From a virus (lineage: Duplodnaviria; Caudoviricetes), in IMG/VR virus record IMGVR_UViG_3300026926_000001, positions 1 through 53,795 of that record: a DNA stretch of 53,795 nt. The stretch is one strand, 5' to 3'. Of this stretch, positions 8,254 through 17,726 are shown one piece after another (the first letter of the stretch is position 1; every line of letters begins with the position of its first letter). A program made the translations under genes and the position numbers. Under the pieces are notes generated by a model. The model was given only the letters and a program-made list of their open reading frames with translations, ran no database searches and was not told the DNA's origin.

Positions 8254-8676
8254 TCATTGGACAGAACGAGAAACCGTCAACGTCAAGATCCGCTCACGCA
8301 CCCTGGAGAATTCAACCAAGCTCCAGGCACGCCATGCAGGGTGGTGGATGAAGAGGTTGGGCTGAGAACCCTTGTAAGGAGACAGACGAAACGTACTTTT
8401 TGCCACAGCACCACACACCAAAAGTACATCGAAGGCTCCCAGAAGGCGCAGGATGCGGGCTACGTACAGCGGATCGGGTGTACCATGATGGTTAGCTGAA
8501 GCGACTATGTACGGACAAGAATTGAAGCAAAGCAACTCACTTCCTTCAGGTACCATCTTGCGCAGATTGCGCGATGAAACGCTGCTATCGGAAGGTACCC
8601 ACAACGGAGGAGCAAGACGTCCATGGTGACGCGCATCCTGGGTGTAGAAAGAATCCAATAAACATACTATCAGCAC
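8254..8676 (-). CDS. Uracil-DNA glycosylase superfamily-like protein
   Basis: FNSCP, VLLVCGAVA (cf. LGxxA) and HHPAWR (cf. HPS motif B) in UDG-fold order. Confidence 0.6.
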   Translation of the reverse strand: MLIVCLLDSFYTQDARHHGRLAPPLWVPSDSSVSSRNLRKMVPEGSELLCFNSCPYIVASANHHGTPDPLYVARILRLLGAFDVLLVCGAVAKSTFRLSPYKGSQPNLFIHHPAWRAWSLVEFSRVRERILTLTVSRSVQ

Positions 8677-8681
8677 ACCTA

Positions 8682-8690
8682 ATTATACCA
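8682..8690 (-). promoter_or_regulatory. Extended -10 promoter, leaderless
   Basis: TGG-TATAAT on minus strand, 5 nt before GTG. Confidence 0.6.
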
Positions 8691-8831
8691 TATCTACGTA
8701 CCGACGATCCGCATCATAATGTATGTAAACCAGCTAACGATCAAGTTGCCAAATGTTAGTCCTCCAACCAACACGACAAGGGCTACCAGTGCAACCAGTA
8801 GCCCATATTCTTCTATGTCCACACGACGTCC

Positions 8832-9053
8832 TTAGCTTACTGGCTCAGCCTCCACAACACCAGGCTGTGTAGTAGGTGGTTCAGAATCCTTCCAGGCAAT
8901 GTCTAGGTCTGCCTCTATGAGTGCTCCTTGCAAGATGCGATCCAGGGCGTTGCCGTCAATGGGTACAATACCCTGAAGGGTAATAGTGACGATGGTGTTG
9001 CCGTTGAGCTCGCTGTCCTCAGCCTTACCGTGATGTCGCTCGACTACGGTCAT
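8832..9053 (-). CDS. Hypothetical protein
   Basis: SD GGAG before ATG 9053. Confidence 0.55.
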   Translation of the reverse strand: MTVVERHHGKAEDSELNGNTIVTITLQGIVPIDGNALDRILQGALIEADLDIAWKDSEPPTTQPGVVEAEPVS

Positions 9054-9177
9054 TTCAGTGCTCCATTCATGTATATAACCCAGAGTACGTACAGTAGCAT
9101 GACGCACAGGCATAGGATGATTGCCGCAATCTCCCTAGAACCTTTTAGTCTGCTCACCCGCCTGTCTGCTGGCAGAT

Positions 9178-9417
9178 TCATAGCACGTTGGTACCGTAAT
9201 GCCTAAAACCTCGCGGTTGTGTTTGCACAGAGGGCAGTCCTCCTTCTTCGTGTGTTTTGGAAATGATGGTTTGGTTTGCGATGCATCCTCGGATGACATT
9301 AGTTATGGATTCTCCTAGCAGATGTATACATCTTCGGCTGACGCCTACCACTTCGCCATCGGCGTTCGTCTCTATGGTACCCCTCTTCTTGCCTTGCCTC
9401 AGCTTGTACACAGTCAA
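9178..9417 (-). CDS. Hypothetical protein
   Basis: TTG-start ORF in leftward block; weak support. Confidence 0.4.
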   Translation of the reverse strand: MTVYKLRQGKKRGTIETNADGEVVGVSRRCIHLLGESITNVIRGCIANQTIISKTHEEGGLPSVQTQPRGFRHYGTNVL

Positions 9418-9497
9418 GGGTGCTTACCTGGAAGATAATTGTTGCGCCCGCGTCTTCGTCTTCCATGTTTTAGAAACCTATCAACTTTGGGTTCACT

Positions 9498-9527
9498 TTG
9501 CATCAAAATGCCCACAAAGTATATCAT
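9498..9527 (+). promoter_or_regulatory. Promoter for terminase operon, leaderless
   Basis: TTGCAT-N18-TATCAT, 5 nt before ATG 9533. Confidence 0.6.
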
Positions 9528-9532
9528 AAAGT

Positions 9533-10171
9533 ATGGCGCACAAAGTTATGCGGGAAAGTAGAATGCGCGCGCAGCAGACGCATTACCTCCCAGACTTTCG
9601 TGAGAGAGTGTTCAGGATATGGTTGCACAACGACCAGAACGCGACTGCTACGGCACGTATATGCCGAGATAAGCTGCGCACTGAAGTAAGTGTACCGACC
9701 ATTACGCGCTGGCGCGAGAAGTTCGACTGGGAAGCGAAAGCTGCCGTCTATCATAACGAGCTACAGCGCATGCTGCGCACCAGTGAGGATCCCGTACTCC
9801 AGCAGTTGGCGATGGACGACATCGAGACAGCCAAGGTACTGTCTCAGATCCAACACATCATGCGCCAGGTACTACGCTATCCCAAGCGCTACGGGATGTT
9901 CCCGAAGAACGTGGGTGAAGCAGTAACGCTACTGAAGTACACACGTGAGGAGCGCGAGCGCATACTCAAGAAGACCAACCAGGCACAGTCTGGGCAGGGC
10001 AGCGTTACGTACTACGACCAGCGCAAGAACGAACTCAAGGTATCGTTCGATCAGCTACCACCCGAGCAACAGCGCATACTCATAGGCCAGCTATCGAACG
10101 TGAACGGGCAGGCATCGCGCGCTATACGTGTAGCACGCGCAGAGGCATTTGCTGATGAGCAAGAGTCCTGA
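9533..10171 (+). CDS. terS: Putative terminase small subunit
   Basis: N-terminal HTH-like (VSVPTITRWREKFDW), helical body, upstream of TerL. Confidence 0.6.
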   Translation: MAHKVMRESRMRAQQTHYLPDFRERVFRIWLHNDQNATATARICRDKLRTEVSVPTITRWREKFDWEAKAAVYHNELQRMLRTSEDPVLQQLAMDDIETAKVLSQIQHIMRQVLRYPKRYGMFPKNVGEAVTLLKYTREERERILKKTNQAQSGQGSVTYYDQRKNELKVSFDQLPPEQQRILIGQLSNVNGQASRAIRVARAEAFADEQES

Positions 10172-10322
10172 AGTTTGCCCCAAGTGCCTGGAGCTACTGA
10201 TCAAGATACGCAACGGCGAAATAACGGGGGCTGTGCTCAGTTGCCACCCCCTGGAAGACATTGCTGATATAGTGATCAAACCATTCATCACTAGCAAGAA
10301 GCTGGACAATGAGCGACCTTGA
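10155..10322 (+). CDS. Small hypothetical protein (55 aa; not in track)
   Basis: MSKSPEVCPKC...; overlaps both neighbours. Confidence 0.5.
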   Translation: MSKSPEVCPKCLELLIKIRNGEITGAVLSCHPLEDIADIVIKPFITSKKLDNERP

Positions 10323-10470
10323 GGTTTTGATTACCTCGCTAATTGCGATGGTTGACCAACGCAGTGCAGAGTATAATGACCCGGAAACAAGCCAGGAACG
10401 AAAGGCACAGATACTAGCGGACATACGTGTCTTGTACGACGAACTGGTAGAAATACAGAGGAAACTGTGA
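10309..10470 (+). CDS. Small helical hypothetical protein (53 aa; not in track)
   Basis: MSDLEVLITSL...LVEIQRKL. Confidence 0.5.
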   Translation: MSDLEVLITSLIAMVDQRSAEYNDPETSQERKAQILADIRVLYDELVEIQRKL

Positions 10471-10553
10471 TCTGGTCAATAATCTTTGCACTTCTACTTT
10501 TGGCGGTTATGGCGTTTATGCTATACATCGCTGGGACAACACCTGTAAGATGA
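10467..10553 (+). CDS. 28-aa single-TM peptide (not in track)
   Basis: GTGA and ATGA overlaps, SD GAGGA; MIWSIIFALLLLAVMAFMLYIAG. Confidence 0.5.
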   Translation: MIWSIIFALLLLAVMAFMLYIAGTTPVR

Positions 10554-10756
10554 CACCTCTAGAAATGAAAGACAAAGTAGAAGGGTCGCGTGCCTTTGCT
10601 CAGGTACATGGTTTCAATGCGCTAACTGGCTCTGACGCTTTCTGGCTTCTTGAGTACGTAGATTACTTGCGGGGAGTATTGACCGAGATTGAAGCTGGAT
10701 ATGGCAAGAGACTATCGGCTGCGGAACTAGCCAGCATGGCACGCCAAGCACTATGA
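10550..10756 (+). CDS. Hypothetical protein
   Basis: ATGA overlaps with both neighbours. Confidence 0.6.
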   Translation: MTPLEMKDKVEGSRAFAQVHGFNALTGSDAFWLLEYVDYLRGVLTEIEAGYGKRLSAAELASMARQAL

Positions 10757-12537
10757 CACTGACCGATCTGACGGCTGGTTTTGCCGAGCTATTGAAAGAC
10801 AACCCTGGCGTCGCTCAAGAGATATTGGGCGACATAGACCCTATAACCTGGATGAACTACAGGGCACAGCTGAAGACAGAAAAGCTGGAGCCTCTTGAGT
10901 TCGAGGACCATCTACCTATGGTGGATGTATATAGGGACTGGCACCCGTTTATATGCGCCCAGAAGGGCAGCCAGATAGGTATGACGACATGCCAAATCTG
11001 CAAGCTGCTGTACTACTGCGACACGCACAACATCACGGCTATATATACGATGCCGACAGCCAAGGACGTATTCGAGTTCTCACAAGCGCGATTCGCACCA
11101 GTAATCAAAGCTTCACCTTACCTCAGCTCAAGGATGGGTAACGTTGATAACGCTACGCTCAAACGTATGGGGGCCAGTACGCTCTACTTTCGTGGTGCTC
11201 AGAAACACAGCCAGGCTATTTCTGTACCTGCGGACATCATCGTCAATGACGAGTACGATTTCTCGTCTCAAGATGTCATGGACACTTTCGAAAAAAGGGT
11301 GGGAGCCAGCAAGCTCAAATGGTTCTGGCGTTTCAGTACTCCGTCCATCCCCGACTTTGGGATCAACGCGCTATATAAGGATACGGATCAAAGACATTGG
11401 CTGGTCCGATGTACTAGCTGCGGAAAATGGCAGAACGTTACCTTTGAGCACAATCTACTCAAACGGGCATCAGGTACGCCCTACTTCGGATGCAGACGAT
11501 GTGGTGTCCGTCTAAAGCGGCGTAACGGCGCATGGGTAGCCAAGTACCCTAAGAAAGCTACTGATGCCGTATATGACGACAAGGGTAATCTTGTCCAGGC
11601 AGCTGATGGCATGCGGGGTTACTGGATCAACCCACTGACTTTTACTTATGTCACGGCCAAGACTGTATGGAGTGAGTGGCGCAAGGTAGAGCGCAAGAAC
11701 ACCAACTACGCGAGGAAGCGCTTCTACAACTTCGATCTAGGTCTGCCATATCTTAGTGGCGAGGGGCTGGTAAGTCGTGAAACAATTCTCAAAACCATGC
11801 AATTGTCTGTACCTGACACCGGATTCAATGTTATCGGTGTCGACCAAGGTGATCTCCTTCATTGGGTGGTTCGACGCATCCTGCCAACGGGTAGAATGGC
11901 TATCATTGCCTTTGGAGTCACAGACGACTTTTTCCGCATTGATCACGTCATTAGTCTGTACCGTGTGCGATCGGGTATTATTGACGCCCTCCCCAACAAG
12001 CACAACGCCAGAGATCTAGTACAACGCCATCGCGGGCGCATGTATATGGCGTACTATAAGGACCAGCGCGAGGAGAAGAAGTACGTTACCGAGAACAAGC
12101 GCCGCGAAGCCGAGAAGAAGCGTCACGACCAGGAGACCGAAACCCAGACTATGCACTTGGATCGCACTGAAACGCTGGACGATAGTGCTCAGGATTGGAT
12201 AGATGGTATGGCATTCCTGGTGGGTGATCCTATGCGCAACCTTAGCGAGGACCAGGAAGAATTCATACGCCAGATGACCAATATGAAGCGCGATCTGGCT
12301 GAAGACGCTAAGGGTAACACCATAGCAGTATGGCTGAAGATAGGTGACGATCACTATCGCCATGCTGATAACTATGCCAAGGCCGCTGCGAATATATACG
12401 GGCGAGGACGTATTGAGGATCTACACGTTGGTGGCTCTATTGACAGCTTGGTGCTGCCCAATGTCAATAGCGGCATAAGCATCTCAGATCTCGTACCAGC
12501 AGGTATGGATTGGCGCAATGCCTTTCCTTCACGGTGA
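10753..12537 (+). CDS. terL: Terminase large subunit (lambda GpA-like)
   Basis: KGSQIGMT Walker A variant, DEYD Walker B, STP, CxxC..CxxC, GVDQG nuclease motif, DHYRHAD. Confidence 0.9.
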   Translation: MTLTDLTAGFAELLKDNPGVAQEILGDIDPITWMNYRAQLKTEKLEPLEFEDHLPMVDVYRDWHPFICAQKGSQIGMTTCQICKLLYYCDTHNITAIYTMPTAKDVFEFSQARFAPVIKASPYLSSRMGNVDNATLKRMGASTLYFRGAQKHSQAISVPADIIVNDEYDFSSQDVMDTFEKRVGASKLKWFWRFSTPSIPDFGINALYKDTDQRHWLVRCTSCGKWQNVTFEHNLLKRASGTPYFGCRRCGVRLKRRNGAWVAKYPKKATDAVYDDKGNLVQAADGMRGYWINPLTFTYVTAKTVWSEWRKVERKNTNYARKRFYNFDLGLPYLSGEGLVSRETILKTMQLSVPDTGFNVIGVDQGDLLHWVVRRILPTGRMAIIAFGVTDDFFRIDHVISLYRVRSGIIDALPNKHNARDLVQRHRGRMYMAYYKDQREEKKYVTENKRREAEKKRHDQETETQTMHLDRTETLDDSAQDWIDGMAFLVGDPMRNLSEDQEEFIRQMTNMKRDLAEDAKGNTIAVWLKIGDDHYRHADNYAKAAANIYGRGRIEDLHVGGSIDSLVLPNVNSGISISDLVPAGMDWRNAFPSR

Positions 12538-12580
12538 TCTACTTTTTGTTGCCTGACTACCGTTTTGTAGGATATGACTA

Positions 12581-14017
12581 ATGCCGCCGGGACGCCCCAA
12601 GAACATAGTCAAGGACCTACAGCCCGATGAGACTAGGAACAAACCTAGCCTTAGCGAGCTAGGCACGGCTGTTGTTTCGCCATTCTCGCTATTTGATATT
12701 AGCGAGTTCTTTGATGACAGTGCGGTAACGATAGCTGATCTTGACAGGATGATCCAGACCGATGGTCAAGCTATGTCTCTGTACCGTATTCTTACTATGC
12801 CTATACGTGCTGGTGAGTTACGGATTAAGGCTGTAGACGGCGGCGTTCAAGAGGCAAACTTCATCCAGGCTCAACTGGCAAACCCACCCGAGCTAGGTGG
12901 CATGACGACCCCGTGGTCGATGGTCGTACAGAACATTGCTAAAAATGTGCTCACAGGCGCAGAGGTGCTGGAGAAAGTACACGAGAAGCGCAACGGGCAT
13001 ATCGTGTTGCGTAAGCTGGCACCACGCCCACGCGAATCGATCATCATCAAAATGGACAGCAAGGGCGGATTCAATGGCGTGCGACAGACACTACCTTCAG
13101 GACCTGTGGAAATTCCCAGGGAGAAGTGTGTCTTGTTTGTGCAGGGCCGTGAGTTCAACCCTTTGTATGGACGTTCCATGTTGTTGCCTGCCTACGGGCA
13201 CCATGAGATGAAGCACAAGCTGTACTACATCTCCCATCTGGCATATGCTCTGAATGCTATCCCGATTCGTGAGGGCAGCATACCCCCTGGTGTGCAGGAC
13301 AGTGAGCGCAAAGCGTTCCAGAACGCCCTTGACAACGTGGGAGTAAACACCAGCATTATTGTGCCTGAAGGCTACGGCATGGAAATTCATGAGACGCGCC
13401 AGGTGGCTGACTCCATGCCGTTGATTGATCATCATGACATTGAGATGGCAAAGGCTGTCTTGGGCCAGATCATCAACATGGGCACCACTGTCTCGGGTGG
13501 TAGTTATTCGTTAGGGCAGACGCAGCTCGAAATGCTGTTGCTGTCGCTAAATGCTCTGCGTGACGACATTTCTCAGACCGTCAACAGCTATGTCATTCCA
13601 GAGCTAATCGACTGGAACTACGGTACGCAGCGTTACCCCCAGATGAAATTGCTGCCACCGAGTACAGATCTCAAGGTGCTTACCAAGGAGATCTTCGAGC
13701 ATATCAGCGCCGCACGCCAGGTAAACACTAGCGCAGAGTTCTGGCTGCTGCTTGAGCGCAAGATGGCGGAGATGCTCGGGTTTGAAGACGAGATCGATTA
13801 TGAGAAGAAGCAAGCCGAGATGCTGGCAAGTATCAACGAACGCCAGCAGGCTCAGACGGGGGTATCCCAGGTAAAGGTTGCACAGAAGCAGGCACAAACC
13901 GCAGAGAAAGTAGCAAACAAACCGACTCCAGCGCCCGTGGTGGCTCCTCCACAGCAACAACAGCCAGCGGCTCCTGCAACAAGACGACAGCCTACTCGAC
14001 CAGCGCAAACGAAGTGA
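12581..14017 (+). CDS. Portal protein (DUF935/Mu gp29-like)
   Basis: Follows TerL; NPLYGRSML, GSYSLG, LIDWNYG motifs. Confidence 0.85.
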   Translation: MPPGRPKNIVKDLQPDETRNKPSLSELGTAVVSPFSLFDISEFFDDSAVTIADLDRMIQTDGQAMSLYRILTMPIRAGELRIKAVDGGVQEANFIQAQLANPPELGGMTTPWSMVVQNIAKNVLTGAEVLEKVHEKRNGHIVLRKLAPRPRESIIIKMDSKGGFNGVRQTLPSGPVEIPREKCVLFVQGREFNPLYGRSMLLPAYGHHEMKHKLYYISHLAYALNAIPIREGSIPPGVQDSERKAFQNALDNVGVNTSIIVPEGYGMEIHETRQVADSMPLIDHHDIEMAKAVLGQIINMGTTVSGGSYSLGQTQLEMLLLSLNALRDDISQTVNSYVIPELIDWNYGTQRYPQMKLLPPSTDLKVLTKEIFEHISAARQVNTSAEFWLLLERKMAEMLGFEDEIDYEKKQAEMLASINERQQAQTGVSQVKVAQKQAQTAEKVANKPTPAPVVAPPQQQQPAAPATRRQPTRPAQTK

Positions 14018-14020
14018 CAT

Positions 14021-15679
14021 ATGCCTTGGAGTAAGAGCAACCCACCAAATCCCTCAAAGAATTGGTCTCCTGCTGCACAGGCATTGTGCATCAGGGTCGC
14101 GAATGGCGTACTGAAAGATGGAGGTTCTGACGCGCAAGCTATACAGGCGTGCATTGGTGCGGTAAAACGAGCACACCCAGACCAGATCGGCAAAAAACAT
14201 AGCGACTTCGCTCCCATGAAAAGCAAGACGCGCACCAGCCTGCCTGATTCAGCATTTGCAATCGTAACGACTGTCAACGGCAAGAAGGTCCGCAAGTTGC
14301 CTCATCATAACAGTGATGGGTCAGTCAACAAGCCACATCTTCGTAACGCCTTGGCAAGAGTAAATCAGGTGTCGGGAGTATCAGATTCGTTGAAAGCCAG
14401 AGCGCGTTCACACCTAGTATCGCACGCTCGCTCTGCGGGTGTGGGCGAGCACAGTGCTGACTCCCACCTCGCACAGTTCTTCGCATTGCCTACCATCACG
14501 CTAAAGGAGGAAAACGGAAAGTACAGCAGTCGCATCCCTGTTTTGCCTGAAGGCAGATTCAAGCACCCGTGGTACGGTGATCTTGACTTCACAGCGCCAG
14601 TGCTTCGTGCTGCAAAGCGTCACTTCGACAGAAGGATTCTTGGCACGGACATCATGGTAGACGAGAGCCATGATCGAGGTAAGGCTCTGGGCTGGTTCAA
14701 GGCAGTACATCATGGGACTAGCGAAATAGGTGGACAGCCGCATGTTGGGTTGTTTGCTGACATTGAGTGGACTGATCTTGGCCGTAGCCTACTTGAGCGT
14801 GACATCTATCGTTACTTCAGCGCTGAGGTTGGCTCGTTCACTGGTCCAGATGGCAAGACGATCAAAAACGTGCTGTTCGGCGGCGGCTTGACAAACCGTC
14901 CGTTTTTCAAGCAAATGCCTGCCGTCAAGTTTGGCGAGGGAAATGCCAACGACCTGGTCTGCCTGGGTATGTTTGGTGATTCCCTTTGGGAATTTGACAC
15001 ACCGCAAGACGACGGTAAGGACGACGATCGGTCGTTCTTTGCAGGCTATGATGCCGAGGCAACAGAAGAGGATGTCGTCGAGGATGACACCACTGAAGAG
15101 GACGGTGACGACGAAGATATGAAGTATGCGGATCTGATCGCACACCTCAACCAGAATTTCGGCACCAAGCTTAGTGCCGATGACGAGGAAGAGGCTGCGG
15201 ACGCCATTGAAGCGGCGTTTGGCAGTGCTGCCTCTCTGGAGAGCACGCGGCGCAAATTCACTGAGGCAGGGTTCAAGTTCGACGCGGATGCGGACGTTGC
15301 CGACGTAGTGCTGGCAGGATACAACGCCTTGAAGACCCAGAACACCGAGAACACGGCGGCCATCGCTTCAATCCGCAAGGAACTCGATGACACCAAGGCC
15401 GCTACAGCAGTCGACAAGCTGGTGGACAGCGGCAAGATCGTCCCAGCCAAGCGCGACCAGTACCTGAGGCTGTACAACACCAACCCCGAACTGTTCGACG
15501 AGATGACCAAGGATCTCGAGCCTCCGGTGCAGTTTGGTGAGATTGGTGGCGACGGCATTCCTCAGGAACCAGGCAAGGCCAAGGAGTTCGACGATCCTGC
15601 CAAAGCCACCACGGAAGCCGAGCGCTACATGAGCCTGGTCCCAGAGCTCGAAGACCGCGTTGCGGCTCGGAGGAAGTAA
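14021..15679 (+). CDS. Prohead protease/scaffold (Mu I-like) with two extra N-terminal domains
   Basis: H-containing DESH, WTDLG, YRYFSAE, GGGLTNRPF; acidic linker and helical scaffold C-terminus. Confidence 0.85.
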   Translation: MPWSKSNPPNPSKNWSPAAQALCIRVANGVLKDGGSDAQAIQACIGAVKRAHPDQIGKKHSDFAPMKSKTRTSLPDSAFAIVTTVNGKKVRKLPHHNSDGSVNKPHLRNALARVNQVSGVSDSLKARARSHLVSHARSAGVGEHSADSHLAQFFALPTITLKEENGKYSSRIPVLPEGRFKHPWYGDLDFTAPVLRAAKRHFDRRILGTDIMVDESHDRGKALGWFKAVHHGTSEIGGQPHVGLFADIEWTDLGRSLLERDIYRYFSAEVGSFTGPDGKTIKNVLFGGGLTNRPFFKQMPAVKFGEGNANDLVCLGMFGDSLWEFDTPQDDGKDDDRSFFAGYDAEATEEDVVEDDTTEEDGDDEDMKYADLIAHLNQNFGTKLSADDEEEAADAIEAAFGSAASLESTRRKFTEAGFKFDADADVADVVLAGYNALKTQNTENTAAIASIRKELDDTKAATAVDKLVDSGKIVPAKRDQYLRLYNTNPELFDEMTKDLEPPVQFGEIGGDGIPQEPGKAKEFDDPAKATTEAERYMSLVPELEDRVAARRK

Positions 15680-15682
15680 TCA

Positions 15683-16075
15683 ATGCCAGCAGGTACCCGT
15701 TCCTACGGAACCGTCACCAACGTTGCGGTTACTGACCCAAGTGAGATTCTGCGCAGCACCGCGCTGTCCTGCAAGATCTCGGGTGCAGCCAGTGTCGCAA
15801 CAAACACGCCTAACATCAGCCCAGGCATGGGTCTGATCAAGGACGGTACGTCTGGAATGTATCGTCCAGTAATTCCTGCCTCTGAGGCCGCAGAACTCGT
15901 AGCCGCGAACTACGTGTACACCAGTGCCACCGAGCAGCAAGTCTGTGATGTCTATCTCACGGGCGTCTTCAAGAAGTCCGAGCTGAACAAGTGGTACACC
16001 GACGGCCAGCTCGCAACCGTCTTCGTTGGCTGCAAGATTCACGCAAATCTTGACGCCGTTATCATCACTGGATAG
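15683..16075 (+). CDS. Head decoration protein (lambda D-like)
   Basis: 130 aa beta-rich, between scaffold and capsid; YLTGVF. Confidence 0.65.
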   Translation: MPAGTRSYGTVTNVAVTDPSEILRSTALSCKISGAASVATNTPNISPGMGLIKDGTSGMYRPVIPASEAAELVAANYVYTSATEQQVCDVYLTGVFKKSELNKWYTDGQLATVFVGCKIHANLDAVIITG

Positions 16076-16086
16076 GGAGAGTAACG

Positions 16087-17088
16087 GTGCCAGAGATTAG
16101 CCTCCTCCAGCCAACTGTGCTCAACGGCTTTGTGCGTCGCAAGCCGTTCCCGCAGAACCTCCTGGGCCTGACCATCATGGGTACCAGGACCGGATACCCG
16201 TTCCCAACCTGGGCGTACGACATCGTTCAGGGCAACCAGTTGATGAGCAAGCCGAACGTTCCAGACCAGGAAGCCCACATCAGGCCACAGCGTGGTGTTG
16301 GGTCCGTGGCTGGTTCGTTCATCTACATGCGCGACAAGAAGGTCTTCACCCCCACTGCTATCCACTGGCTGCGCGCTCCTGGTGAGCTGGCTCGTGCCAA
16401 TGCAGAGGCCAAGGTAGCCGAGGAGGTCTCGGACCTGGACGACGGCATCGAGCGCTTTGTCGAGTGGTCGGTGTGGCAGATGTTCATCACGGGCACGTTG
16501 ATCGTCAACCGCCCAGATGCTCCTCGTGTCAACATCAACTACCAGATCCCTGCCAGCCACCTGTTCACGCCTAGCCCGCTGTGGACTGACTTGGTCAACT
16601 CGAACATCCTGGCAAACGTGGCCGCGTGGAAGCTGCAGATCCAGATCGACAGCAACATGACGGTGCGTCGCGTCTTCCTCAACAGCACCACCATGTACGC
16701 TACGGTGTTTGCCAACCAGAAGATCCAGAACTTGCTCAGCAACGAGATGCGTGACGCATTTCTGAAGACGGGCGTCATTTCCGGGCTGGCTGGTGTGGAC
16801 TGGGTGACCTACGACAACACCTACACCGACGACTGGACAACGCCAGGCACACCGACCACTAAGCAGTACATCCCCAACAACAAGATTCTGTTCTTGGCTG
16901 AGGATCGCACAGCCTACGGCATCATGGAAGGCCCAACCGCGGACGACGAAGCCCCTGCTAACAACACGGGCAAATTCAGCAAGTCCTGGAAGGAGAAGGA
17001 CCCGAGCACCCGCGTTGTGCTGGAAGAATATCCCTTCGTGCCGATTCTTCCCAAGCCCGACAACGTCGGTATTGCGACGGTAGGCTAA
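16087..17088 (+). CDS. Major capsid protein (lambda E-like)
   Basis: 333 aa; IERFVEW, YIPNNKI, KDPS...P.LP pattern; strong codon bias. Confidence 0.9.
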   Translation: MPEISLLQPTVLNGFVRRKPFPQNLLGLTIMGTRTGYPFPTWAYDIVQGNQLMSKPNVPDQEAHIRPQRGVGSVAGSFIYMRDKKVFTPTAIHWLRAPGELARANAEAKVAEEVSDLDDGIERFVEWSVWQMFITGTLIVNRPDAPRVNINYQIPASHLFTPSPLWTDLVNSNILANVAAWKLQIQIDSNMTVRRVFLNSTTMYATVFANQKIQNLLSNEMRDAFLKTGVISGLAGVDWVTYDNTYTDDWTTPGTPTTKQYIPNNKILFLAEDRTAYGIMEGPTADDEAPANNTGKFSKSWKEKDPSTRVVLEEYPFVPILPKPDNVGIATVG

Positions 17089-17091
17089 ATC

Positions 17092-17577
17092 ATGGCAGAA
17101 GCACAAGAGCAAGAAGTCGACTACGCAGAGTACTACATGGTCTCGGCTGGTTTCACGGTCGGTACTACCGTGTGCCAGGAAGGTGACATCGTCGCTGGCT
17201 CCGACATGGGCTTTAGCGAGACCAACCCGCCCCTGTCCGAAGAGGAACAGGAAGCGAAGTACGGGCGCGTACTGTATGAAGAGTACGAGCCGGACGAGGA
17301 GGAGAAGAAGACGCTCCAACCACGCGCAATCCTGGGTATGCAAGCATCGACCGAGCCAGTGGTTGTGCCGCCACCCGCAGGCCAGGCTGACCTGACAACG
17401 CTCAGCCGTCAGCAGCTGCGACAGCGCGCTCGTACTGTTGGTCTCAAATTTCCAGAAGACACCGATCGTGACCAGATGATTGGTGCCATCCAGAAGAAGG
17501 AGAAGGAACAGGTCGAGGACGCGGCCAAGGCTGCTCAGGAAGATGCTCCAGAGGAGGAGGAAGAGGCACGTGGCTAA
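17092..17577 (+). CDS. Acidic protein with HeH/Rho-N-like motif
   Basis: LTTLSRQQLRQRARTVGL...RDQMIGAI. Confidence 0.7.
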   Translation: MAEAQEQEVDYAEYYMVSAGFTVGTTVCQEGDIVAGSDMGFSETNPPLSEEEQEAKYGRVLYEEYEPDEEEKKTLQPRAILGMQASTEPVVVPPPAGQADLTTLSRQQLRQRARTVGLKFPEDTDRDQMIGAIQKKEKEQVEDAAKAAQEDAPEEEEEARG

Positions 17578-17686
17578 GACTACAGGCAGCAAGCCAGCAC
17601 GCCAAGGAGGCTCCAAGCAGGCTGGCGTACCAAGCGTCAAGATGGGACCGATGATCGGTACCAAGGGAGCCAAGAAGGTCGCATAG
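17570..17686 (+). CDS. 38-aa Lys/Gly-rich basic peptide
   Basis: GTG after GAGG; ends immediately before terminator. Confidence 0.55.
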   Translation: MAKTTGSKPARQGGSKQAGVPSVKMGPMIGTKGAKKVA

Positions 17687-17687
17687 T

Positions 17688-17710
17688 AGAGGGGGCTTCG
17701 GCCCCCTTTC
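17688..17710 (+). terminator. Terminator after head operon
   Basis: GGGGGC-TTCG-GCCCCC-TTT (cUUCGg loop). Confidence 0.8.
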
Positions 17711-17726
17711 CTCATTTGGAGATGTA

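Noticed and set aside
16039-17715. 558-aa minus-strand ORF
   Set aside because: Antisense shadow of the codon-biased capsid and downstream gene; no motifs
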